Assembly: GCA_013239625.1 (NCBI GenBank) | Contig: MU053472.1 | Span: forward strand, 1,877,236 to 1,941,235 | From: Lama guanicoe | Lineage: Eukaryota | Reading direction: 5' to 3' | DNA: 64,000 nt | Shown: positions 10,921-21,878 of the stretch, one piece after another | How positions within the stretch are numbered: the stretch's first letter is position 1 | Layout: each line of letters begins with the position of its first letter | Made by a program: the position numbers and the translations under genes | Notes under the pieces: generated by a model | Database searches by the model: none | What the model was told of the DNA's origin: nothing | The model's input: only the letters and a program-made list of their open reading frames with translations

Positions 10921-13900
10921 CTGTTTTTCACCTAACTTAATCAAATAAGTGAAGACTTTCCGAGACGGAAGGCTTGCATTTATCGGTATTCACGCTCCGT
11001 TTTTTCTGTTTATCAGAGTGTCTAATACACTTCTTAACTGCTTAAACAGAAAGCATATATGCTCTAAAGTATAGTTTATATATAATGTCATGGTTATTTG
11101 TAGACAGATTGAAGAACCGATCTCAGATTTATGTCCTGTTTACATCTTCCAAACACTTATGTAGAACATTCAATGCTAGAGAAGATAATAATTGTGGTGT
11201 TGGCTCCCTCCCAGAACTTTATCCAAGGGATAGGGTTCATTTTTGTAATTTGATTTACTTTATAATACATCATTATTGCACATCTAATATATCCAGCAGA
11301 ATAACGAATACCATTTTCCTGAGTTCATCTTAAGGTTGCATACCATGAGACAAAGTATTATTTTTATAACCTGTGGATGCTACAAGAGGCAAAGGTGGAG
11401 AGTATATGGCTTTCAAACTCTTGCATAGTGAAATAAAAGGCACCACACTGATGATGAAAAATTTGTTCTTATCTAGAAATAGGCAGCCTCCACCTAATAA
11501 TGGAAAGTTCTACTGAAGCCAAATTGAATGGCAAGCAGCACCTTCCTCCATCTCCAGCCTTATATTTGCTTAAGGGAAGGCTTACATAATGGAGACATTT
11601 TTTAGGTGTAGGATGAGCTCATGATATTGGAATTCATAACGAGGCATGAATTAGGGTCTTTTGCCAAAATTGAGACATTGTCTTAGAGAATGTGCTGGTC
11701 CGACACAGAAGTTAAATAATGTATTTTCCTTCTTGTAATGAGCTGCCTGAAATAAACATTTAGCTTTGCTCATGGAATGTCACAACTAGGAGGAACTTCA
11801 GTGATCATCTCAGGTACCGCCTCTCATCTTAGCGCCAGAGCGGTGGCGATCACAAAGGTAGACGGTGCAGCTGGAGGATGCCATGGACCTCTAATCAGGA
11901 TGCATATCTCAGCTGCGTATACAGAAGACCCTGTCCTGAGGAAGAATAGTGCTAAGCCAAGCTGGATAAAGACTTGCAGAAGACCTGAATTATCAGTGCT
12001 CTCTGCTGATCCCAGATTTACCCAGATTTGCTGTGTAATTGTACTTACTTCCCACTCTACTATGGCTCTGTAATAGTATCAAAGCAAGTGTTGTTCAAGC
12101 ATCAACATTATATTAGATATTCCGACAGTTTTAGTCCAGATATTTCCATGGAGAAGTAAGAGGGTGGGTATGTTAGGAGTGTATTAGAAGTCCATCTTCT
12201 CTGTCTGTGCAGTTCTACATTTTAAGCATTTTTAAGGCAAGGAAAACTAAGTCTCATTCACATTCGTATCCACTGAGTTGTGCACATGTAAGTACCCAGC
12301 AGATGTTTGCTGATGTAAAGTTAAATGAAGTATAGGAAATGCTGATTTCCAAATCATTCATTCATTTATGGATTTTCTTCTATAATATATGCAGCCGTTT
12401 TATGCTAAAAATTTGGGGGTCGGGAGGCACTATGTATTACCTTAATGGATGTAATAGGTCAGTTACATTTCACAAGAGAGTGGAAGTGTGGAAACGGTGT
12501 TTTTGACAAGTTATCATTACTGTTCTGCCACCTTTGGTTCCGTTAGCCTGGCCCTTTTCTAGATCCTGTGTATTTACTTTGGGTTAATCTTCTATTTGAT
12601 TTGAATACACTGTTCAGTTTGTCTCAAACATTTTCTTAGCATTTATCTACAAACATTAAATATAAAAGCGAGACAGGCTTAGAGGTATGCTCAGAATTTA
12701 ACAACTAGTGGTTTAATTTCCTGACTCTGAGAGTCTAAATGTTTCCTTAGATTGATGCAGATTAGTTTAACATAATTGGAAGTTTGAAAGGTGCATGTTT
12801 CTAAAGCTTTTAAGATAATGATACTTAGAAATCACTGATTCTTGCCTGATGACTAATGTCTGTAATACATGTTTACAAACTCCAAAGACTTTTAATGTAT
12901 TTTTACCATACTCTGATTACTAGTAATATAGAACTGAAGCAAACATTTTCTCTATCTTGTAATTCTTGGTGGAAAAAAGAGTGTTTGGGAGAGGCTGTCC
13001 TTCCTGAATTTAGTTAAAGCAGCTCTGTATCTTATTTTTATGTTTCTTAAAACTTTAAAACTTATCCCAATCTGCTGGGATGTATCAGGAAGATAGTCTT
13101 TCCTTCCATTTTCTTTCCTTCTTTTAGCCATTTATATACCACATACACCACATATACCACATAATACATATGTTTAGATCTGGTCTGTTGTATAGGATGT
13201 TCATGCTACCAGCCAGTCTTACTCTTTCCCCTCCACATTTCCATAGCTACAACCACTTCTCTGGCAAATGTTAGAAAAACAAAGGGAGGAAACCAGCACA
13301 CGGTGTTGCGTTAATGACAGTGTGCTGACTGCAACTTCCCTGTCTCAGTTGAAAGCTGAATAGTAGCTATCCCAACCAAATTCAGGATGCGATTAACACC
13401 CTCGTTTAGGTGTGTTTGTGATCCAATGTGGTTATCTGATCACATATGTTTTTCCATCTAATTTGTGGCCTCACTGTGCCAAGGTTTAGGACAGCGATGA
13501 ACAAGTCAAAAGAAATGCTTTCAGGGTGGACAAATGTTGACTTTGAACAGTGGACGCAGAGGGTAAACGCCTTTCTCAAAGAGTGCCAGGTTGAGTTTGA
13601 AGGGATCCCTATGATCTTTGCAAAGTGTATTCATGCCAGTAATCTCGTCCTCAGCATCAGATTCTATCTCATTCGCTTTTCAAAAAGCCCGGTAAAATTA
13701 GGTTGCCTAAAAGAACCTGAAAACATCTTTCTAGATTTCCACCTTCCTTCAGGGCTCCAGGGTCATAACCTCTTAACCTTACGGGTTATAGGTCTCTAGC
13801 TTTTTGATCTTCCTTGGTTCCTTAGTTTTTGCCTGCTTCCTCCACGACATTCAAGCCTTGTTATATAAGGAAATTGGAAACACCAATTTTGGATGAGATA

Positions 13901-14224
13901 AGAGTTACCCTCTCTTCCAGAATAATGCAGAAATATGATTTTAAATAGAAACATGCTTGGGGAAAAAAAACTTAAAACTAACTACAGCATCCTGTCGAAG
14001 CCGGTTTGAACTAGAGCCCCTTCATTCCCTCCCCCCTGCCCCCTGAAAAAAACAGCTTAGAACTTACTGTTGACTTAGTGATAAAAATTTTATTTAGGTC
14101 ACAACACAGCTTGCTTGAGACATCAGAGGCATTCAGAGTGATGTGAGTGACCAAGAAATGGATTCATAAAATTGGTTGGTTAACTTACTCTTCTTGCCCT
14201 ACCAGGCAGTGGGCTATTGGATAC

Positions 14225-14432
14225 TAGTAATAACTAACATCAGTATGACACCTACTGTTGATGAAGCAATGTCCCATTTATTATTTTAGAGCCATATCTA
14301 TTTAGCAAGGGAGAGATTATCTTCATTTCACAGTAGAGGAAGTGGAGCTTCAGGAAAGGTCCTTGACTTGCCCAGGGCCACATAGGAAATAAATGGTGGA
14401 GCTGGTGTGGAATCTTAGCTTCCTGGGTCCTG
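14225..14432 (-). mobile_element. MIR SINE
   Basis: catttcacagtagaggaagtggagcttcagg...tgacttgcccagggccacatag matches the antisense MIR core. Confidence 0.85.
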
Positions 14433-15664
14433 ATCCTTCACAGCCAAACAAACATTACTATTAAAGAGGCTTTTGGAGCGGAGCACATGTCTTTTGATTC
14501 TCAAGTAGGCAGGTGTTTGGCTGACCAGTTGGCTCTCTCATTTAGTTAGTATCTTTTGATTATTATGTTTCCTTTATTTCAGCCAGTATTGGGGTTTTGT
14601 TTCTTTGCCACATGCATAGTACCAGGCACAGTTAGACTGAATTTATAATTCTCTTAAGGGAGGAAACTTCTCTTAGCCTAAAAATCAAGTACTGAAATTC
14701 CAAATAGAATTGGAAAATGTACTTTTTTGACAGGAGACCTCTCTCCACCCCTGACTCAGCCCAACGAATGTGCTCATTAGAAATAAAGAGACCTTACATA
14801 GGATGTTGAAGCCAAGTTAGAAGCTCTGAGTCATTTTTAGCAGGACAGGGGTTTGTCTTTGATCCTTGCGCAGGAAGTACCGTTCACCCATCCGCCAGAC
14901 AGAGCAAAAGAGGACCTATGGTAAAAAAAATTATAGGTCATTTTTCAGTTGTCTTTCAGTCCTGTTAAACTTATGAGAACTTGCTTTGAAAAAAAATTAA
15001 GATATGTTTTAACTCAAACCTAAAATCAAACGACAGCAGTATTTCTTCTCAAATGCAGAGTACCTGACATTGGCAAATACCTGGTCATAGCAAAATGAGA
15101 ACGAAGAGGCCTCTGAATGGTAATCATACCACCTCAATTAAACGTCTACTTGTCTGACTCACAATAGCACTGAAGTGTGTGTGTGTGCGTGTGTTTGTTC
15201 TGAATTTATTTTTATTTTATCTGGCTTGCCAGCTGAATAAGGGGGCAAAAAATGTAATGTGGAAACCATCCCCTGCCACTGGTGAAAGGATCCAAGAGGA
15301 ATTCCTCAAGCTGAGAACATGAGCTGTGAGCAACATGTTTAAATAGCTGAATATCCAAAGTTTGAGTCAGGTCCATTTATTTGGGGGTGGGGATGGGGTA
15401 CACTCTCTTCTTTGTGGCTTAAAGGAGTCCTTTTGACTTAGACTATAACAGATGTGGTGCTGGAGGAGGTGAGAGGCTGGAAGCCTGGAGAGTTTGCCCG
15501 GACCGTGGTGATGGTGAGAGGGCGGTGGGGCTCCACGTGCTTGAAGGATATCCCACGTGCAATCTGAAAGAGCTGTGGACTTTTAAAGAAAGCCTTTTCT
15601 GTTTACTTCAGTGAAAGGAGGGGAGAGGAAGGGGACAGGAAGCTAACATGTGGGAGTCCTTTTT

Positions 15665-15858
15665 CCAAGTTGGATGCCAGGTATGTTCAGAAGTATCCCA
15701 TTTAGTTCCATCAGCACCCTTAGTAGGTAGTGATTTTTACCCCCATTTTGCAGGGAGGAAACTGATGACGCCTGAAACGACCTGCCCAGTCTAACACAGC
15801 TCGCAAGGCTGGGAGCGGGATTTGATCCCAGATCCGGCTCCAAAGCCCAGACTTTTCT
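15665..15858 (-). mobile_element. MIR SINE
   Basis: cccattttgcagggaggaaactga...cctgcccagtctaacacagct...gggatttgatcccag...ctccaaagccc. Confidence 0.9.
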
Positions 15859-16959
15859 CAATTGCCTTGAAAAACACTACTCAAAGCCTAAACTAGAGCA
15901 CTCAACAATAAGCTGACTTTCCTGCTGATTTTCCTTGTGTTTTTGCCCTAGGCAATCTGGGCTAATCACTCCATTAGTTGGAATGAGAATACATTGGGCT
16001 CCAAATTTTGTTTGATCTCTAGAGAGTTCCAAATTAATTTTTTTTTTATAAAGCAAAGCTGAGGAATGTATGGCGTCACCGTTGACCTGCCATTGTGACA
16101 AAGGCGTGAGAGATGAAATGAGAGTGGGCCTGACTCCACGCCAACCTAGAAAGACAGCTCAAATGCACGCGTCCTGTTGCTCTCACAGGGTCTGACTATT
16201 TAAAGGGAATAAAAGTAATGAATGCATCAGTAGTAGAAATAAACAACCTAAAGAACTTACCCCCAAATCAGTAGCTTTTCAACAGTAAAGCTGATTCTTT
16301 TATATCTGTCTTGTTTCAATTTAAGTAATCAAGGTACTGCATTTTCTCTAAGCAGGTTTATATTTATAGTATCAGCATCATGACTAAGGTGGTCAGTCCT
16401 CTGTTGTGAATCAAGGCTCATATTAAATTATGTTAATTGCTGGAGAAGTTGGCTAATGCCTGTGCTGATTACTTCTTTTAAAAAAAATGTTTTTTTGTAC
16501 CTCACAGGTCTAAAAGGGCTGAGTTTTTCTCACAATTTCGGGACTTCTTTCTCCTATTTTCTTGTTCTTTTTTTAAGCATAAGCACCTTGGTCTATCTGT
16601 CTTTAGTCTCTGCTGGTTGTAGCCACGCATAGATGTTTTTATCTGCCCCACTTTTTTTTTTTCCATTTGCTATTCAAAAAAATAAACATTTTCACCCATC
16701 ACCATACTTCTTATTTTAAGAATTTTTAGAAAACCATTAATAAGTATCTTTCATTTATACCATAGCTTAAGTGCATAGTAAGATTCTCTGGGTGGACAGA
16801 TTGAGCTTGATATAGATAAAGAATATGTCATCTTTAAAAAGTCCTTTTTGAAGAGTAAAGATTAATGAAGAGAATGAAATGTCAGTCCAGCCAGAAAGAG
16901 CCTTCTGCCTAGAGAAGTCAAGAAGAGTACTTCAGAGCATCTCCCTTCTCTCTTCCTTC

Positions 16960-17001
16960 ATTTTTATTTTATTTTATTTTATTTTATTTTATTTTATTTT
17001 A
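16960..17001. repeat. (ATTTT)n microsatellite
   Basis: About 8 tandem ATTTT units seen directly. Confidence 0.95.
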
Positions 17002-18507
17002 ATTTCCTGACTCCTGGGGGACAACAGGACACAAAAGAGACAGTTTATGAAGAACTTAACAGTTTCCACATTGTCATCTGTGTAAGATCAGGGGAAAAAA
17101 ATAATTAACAGATGTATCATAGACCAGTTAGGGAGATTAGTGATCAAAAAGGGCTTGAAAAGATATTTCGAAATCCATGGAAACTTCCAGCTACATATTT
17201 TGCCTCGTGTTCATCTTTGTAAACTTTTTTTTTTTTTCAGGTTGAGTGTGATTCTTTCTTCCCAGCTGGAACTTTCAGCTTTTTTTGTCCCTGGGACCAA
17301 AAGCTCCATCAGTATCACTCTGTAGAGAATGTTTTCAGGGTTGGTCCATCCTCCCCTTGGCACTCGATAGGGGACAGTCAGCACTGCCCTTGGCCCTGAG
17401 CTAATGAATCACGTAGCCCTCCCAGCTCTGAAGTGACAGAGAGGAGAGGGCAGAGAATGGAACCAAGAGATCATTCAAAGTGGGGTTCACGCTGCGAAGT
17501 GGTGCCCGGGCCCCTCCTTTCACAGCTGGGGTTTTGGCCGCGTGTCCCTCGCCTTGTTCAGCAGGGTGACCCTGGCTGCCTGTGATTTACTAACTGTTTT
17601 ACAAACATTTCCTCACTCTGGGAGGTTTGATACACTCTTCATCCTCCTCAGCTCACCAGAGTCACTCAGCGTCTGAGCCAAACCTGCCTTTGTTTACAAC
17701 TTTTCCGGAAATTTTCACAGAGGGGGGGAAAAAGAAATCCTCCCTCCTCTTCCAGTGTTTTATTTTTAAGTCAACACTTTCCCCAAGTTTATTTGTGCTA
17801 ACCCAAGTTCTCCTACAAGGTATTGCTCTATATTCAAATGGGAATTGCTGCGTTTCTATAAATAGAATGAAGGTCATGTGAACGAGTTCAGAAAAATCTA
17901 AATATCACATTTTACTGGACCTTTACGTTTAGTGCACTATTTTTTGAAAATAATATTCCATGTTTGGATTTGTCTTTTTTTCCCACATTCGTATTAGTCT
18001 GACCATTATGTGAAACACTGAATTTGGGAAACATTGAATGGAATCTTTTTTAAACGAAAATATCCATGTTAAAAATAACAAAAATTGTAGTTCCTTCATC
18101 CTTGTAACTTTCTTTAAAAGACACTTTATGGCCCTTATATTAAATATTTTTAAATATAATTACTTTAGAAAACACAGTGCCAGGGCTCTTTTCTTTAAGT
18201 CAAATTCCTGTTGTATTATTCGGTCTTGACACTGGCTGAGAATAAAAAAAACCGCCTTGGAACTTATCAAACATCAAGAATAATTTGAAGAAAAATTCGA
18301 GATTGGTAGGGTAAAAAATTCGGAAGTCCAATTCCATTCGAAATCAAAGGCTAACTTTTAATTCACTCTGAAGAAATTAAGTATGTAGCAAATTCTGACA
18401 AATATGCAATGGATTCCCCCTATTCTGTTCATTTTCCCAGCGCACTGTTAAAACGGAGAGAGTTTTAAGACCCTTCTTATTAAAAAGTGACTTTCTTTGG
18501 AACTTAC

Positions 18508-18545
18508 CTGGGAAATACAAGAAGTATTATTTTTCTCTTCTCTGC
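18508..18545 (-). other. Candidate 38-nt exon on the minus strand (or recursive-splice-like site at its 3' end)
   Basis: On the minus strand a ~50-nt pyrimidine tract ends in ttgacAG, followed by 38 nt and then CAG|GTAAGT (perfect consensus donor). No transcript evidence available. Confidence 0.4.
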
Positions 18546-18641
18546 CTGTCAAGAAAGAAAGAAAAGAAAAGAAAGAAAAGATGGAAAAGGAAAGAAAAAA
18601 ACCAAACAGGTATATTTCTTTCCTGCTTTTCTATCTTCTAG

Positions 18642-18827
18642 GGCCAGAACAGACAGAATGTAAACTTAAGTTGGATACAGCCAGAGACTAGTTTCCTGAT
18701 AAAGTGTGTTTTAGGAAGGAAAAATTGTTTTATTTCAACAAATCCAGCTGGACTTCCTGGTGGGCCTCCCACCTTGTCAACATCAATAGCATTTATCTGT
18801 TGACCAACAGAAGACCACCAGAATGAG
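18642..18827 (+). other. Candidate 186-nt non-coding/poison exon on the plus strand
   Basis: Acceptor tttctttcctgcttttctatcttctAG and donor GAG|GTATTT; stop codons in all three frames. Confidence 0.3.
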
Positions 18828-19544
18828 GTATTTTCATTTCTGCATATTTCTGAGTCCGCAGGAAAGATAGCTGTGAAGAGAGCCAGTGTGGAGGAAATGG
18901 CAAGCAAACACCATAGGTGATCCCGTGTGACATTCAGGAACTAGTGCAGACGTCCAGTGCTCAAGACAGTCTCCTCAGCCATAATGTCATTGACCTTGAC
19001 ATGCTCAGAACAAATTGGTCTTTGTGATTGCTACCACATGCTGTTGCGCTTCCTAACCCTGCCATCGGGCTGGAGGGAGGGGGGCAGGAGAAAGGGCTGC
19101 TCATCCGAGAATGTGCTGCTTTTTTTGTTCTTTAGATACTTGCTCAGTGTGCTTTTCCCACTCTGGTTGGTCTGAAAATGGCTAAAGCTGCCTCAGCTTC
19201 GGAGGACCTGTGGCATGTACCTGGTATTACCCATGTACTTAATAGACCAATACCCTTGGCATTCGTAGGCTCTGAACTGCATCGGAAACAGAGTTGAAGG
19301 CAGACACTATCAGAAAGACAGCCTTGATGATCAGTGAGGAAGATCATTTTTGCCCCAAAGTTCTTGATGTTCTCTGTAGCCATCAGACGAGGAGCATCTG
19401 AGCTTTGAAAGGAAAAGCATTGATACCTCTTTTCCCACCTGAAGGGCCAGCTGAGACGAGCCTACTCCTGAATCATACTTCTCTTTTACTTCTGCGGGTT
19501 TTTCATTTCTCTGGGGAACACAGGTTTCAGCCTGCATTTTAGAG

Positions 19545-19603
19545 GGTTGTTTCCAGCACTCTCATTATAGGTGGGCACTTAATAAATGTGTGAATGAGTG
19601 AAT
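19545..19603 (+). mobile_element. L2 3' terminus
   Basis: gtgggcacttaataaatgtgtgaatgagtgaat resembles the L2 tail (gtaggtgctcaataaatatttgttgaatgaat). Confidence 0.65.
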
Positions 19604-20317
19604 CTTGCACAATTCGGGATATGTGGCGTAAATCATTATCTTGGCAAGAGCCTTACCTAATACATTCAAATCATTGCCTCTGAAGCAGGAACTTAAACCG
19701 TGCCTTTGATTTTTTAGCTTAAAATGGATACATGTACTTTTGTGATGCTGTACACCTTGACACAGACACTAGAGTATGATGAGGTGTTGGAACAGCCACA
19801 TGCCTGGGGCATCCTGGGGCGTTCTTTGTACATCACACCTACTGTGTCCCCCATATTCTAAACCAGAACTGTCAAGATGATTCTTGAGTTCTGCGAATAA
19901 CTCTTTTGATGTTTTACAATAAGTAAGGCATATTTTACCTTGGTTTGTGTGTGTATGTATATTTGTAAATATCTGTAAATTATGCTAGTTCTTTTGTGGT
20001 ACGATGAATACCCATAATATTAACTAAAACTACATTTTTTTATATTAGAAAATTTTGGGGAGCTTTCCCCCTGTGAATGCCCAGTTTTTACTTTGATTCT
20101 ATCTAGTTCCTCTTTTTTAACTTAAAGAATTCGATATAGGTTAAAAATCATTTCATTTTGAAAGAACAGAGGTATTAGAGGAACAAATGACATGTAAGGT
20201 ACAAAGGAAGATGCTTTTCCAGTGTCTCTTTATTTGAAGACACAGTAGTACTTGTCCTTAGCACCTTTTCCAAGTTTTCTGCTCATAAACTCTTGCTGTG
20301 TGCCAAAGATAGAAATG

Positions 20318-20802
20318 TTTTTCTTTTTTTAAAAAATTGAAGTATAGTTGATTTTTATAGTTGATTTATACATATATCTATATTCTTTTTCAGATTCTTT
20401 TTCATTATAAGTTAATACAAGATATTGAATTCTGTGTGCTATATAGTAGGTCCTTGTTGTTTACCTATTTTATATATAGTAGTTGTGTATATGTTAATCC
20501 CCAAACTCCTAATTTATCCCTCCTCCTCCCCTACCTCATTCCCCTTTGGTAACCATAAGTTTGTTTTCTATATCTGTGAATCTATTTCTGTTTTGTAAAG
20601 AAGTTCAATTGTATCAATTTCTTTAGATTCCACATATAAGTGATATCATATGATATTTGTCTTCATCTGACTTCGCTTAATATGGTAATCTCTAGGCCCG
20701 TGTTGCTGCAAATTGCATTATTTTATTCTTTTTTATGGCTGAGTAGTATTCCATTTTGTATGTATGTACTACATCTTCTTTACCCATTTATCCGTTGATG
20801 GA
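20318..20802 (-). mobile_element. Younger 5'-truncated L1 (artiodactyl/camelid type) 3' end
   Basis: T-tail then attgaagtatagttg, tatagtaggtccttgttgtttacctatttt, ccctttggtaaccataagtttgttttcta, tagattccacatataagtgatatcata, ttttatggctgagtagtattccatt. Sits inside an older L1ME-like stretch. Confidence 0.92.
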
Positions 20803-20819
20803 GCAAAGGTGTTTCTTAA

Positions 20820-21360
20820 ACTTTGATCTGCTACATGCATAAAAGCAGAGAAATTCAGATTTTCCTCCCTGTCCTTATATTGCTCTATCTGCTGCTCTCC
20901 AGCCTGTGTTTTTTCCTCACCTATTTATGTGATAGATATCATCTCCCTGTCAGTGTTTATTGTATGTAGAGATCTACTTTATTCTTTTTACTGTCTGTAT
21001 GTTAATAATAATGGATAATACTTCTCAAGACAGGTGTGGATAATTCACTTAACCTTCACCATAACTTTAGAAGATACGTATTGCTAGACGAGGAAACTGA
21101 GTTAAAGAAGGGTTATAAACATGCCCAGAGTTATAAACACATTAAAAGCCAAGGCTGGATTCAAACCAAGATATTCTGGCCCTCTGGCCTGTGCCGCTGT
21201 TCACTGAGCTCTTTCCAATAGCATTCTGCTGTATGGAGGTATTATAACGTACGTAACTGCCTCCCTATGGCAATCGTTTAAAACTATTTGCTTCTATAAA
21301 CAAAGCCACAGTGAACATCTCTGTACGTATTTCCTAGTACACTGAGTAGCATCTTAAAAG
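20820..21360 (-). mobile_element. Old L1ME-like fragment interrupted by a MIR (about 21040-21200)
   Basis: L1 motifs gtagagatctactttattctttt, tagcattctgctgtatgga and aacaaagccacagtgaacatct flank the MIR motif gaggaaactgag...ggctggattcaaaccaag. Confidence 0.6.
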
Positions 21361-21791
21361 CATGGGTATAACTGCCCTCTCCAACCCCTCCTACCGTAAG
21401 CAATGCCTATCGGTTGCTCCAGAACCCAGAAGAGGAGACAGTCTGCCCTGTCACATGGTTCAAGGAAATTTAGCCAGCAACAGAGTTCATTTTTCAAAGT
21501 TTTCTTGGAGCTGTGAGATTTGAACTTAGAAATAATACATATATGTATTTGTGTCTTGTTTGGTGAAAGTCGTAGGAGGGGTAATGTTTTTGGTTTTGCT
21601 GTGATTTTATTAGTAACAAGGCTGAAAACATGGGGCTTATGTGGAAGCAGGGAAAGAAAAGTATTGTTAGTATTACCAATTTTACTTTCATATAAGAACC
21701 TCGATGGAGAAAAAAAAATCTTAGGAGGTAATGTTGATCACCTCTTTACGTTACCTTTAAAGTATATAGTAATGATAATATGTAGGGCTAT

Positions 21792-21878
21792 TTTTATAAG
21801 TTTCTGCAATATGTGTTATATGTGTAATATGCAGAAACTTATAAAACTTATGTGTAATATGCAGAAACTAATAAAGAC
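21792..21878. repeat. 17-bp perfect inverted repeat overlapping a 30-bp tandem duplication
   Basis: ttttataagtttctgca (21792-21808) pairs with tgcagaaacttataaaa (21830-21846); the unit at 21819-21848 is repeated imperfectly at 21849-21878. Confidence 0.9.

Noticed and set aside
13446..13799. 117-aa ATG-initiated ORF
   Set aside because: No recognisable similarity to any protein I know, and no promoter, splice or poly(A) context.
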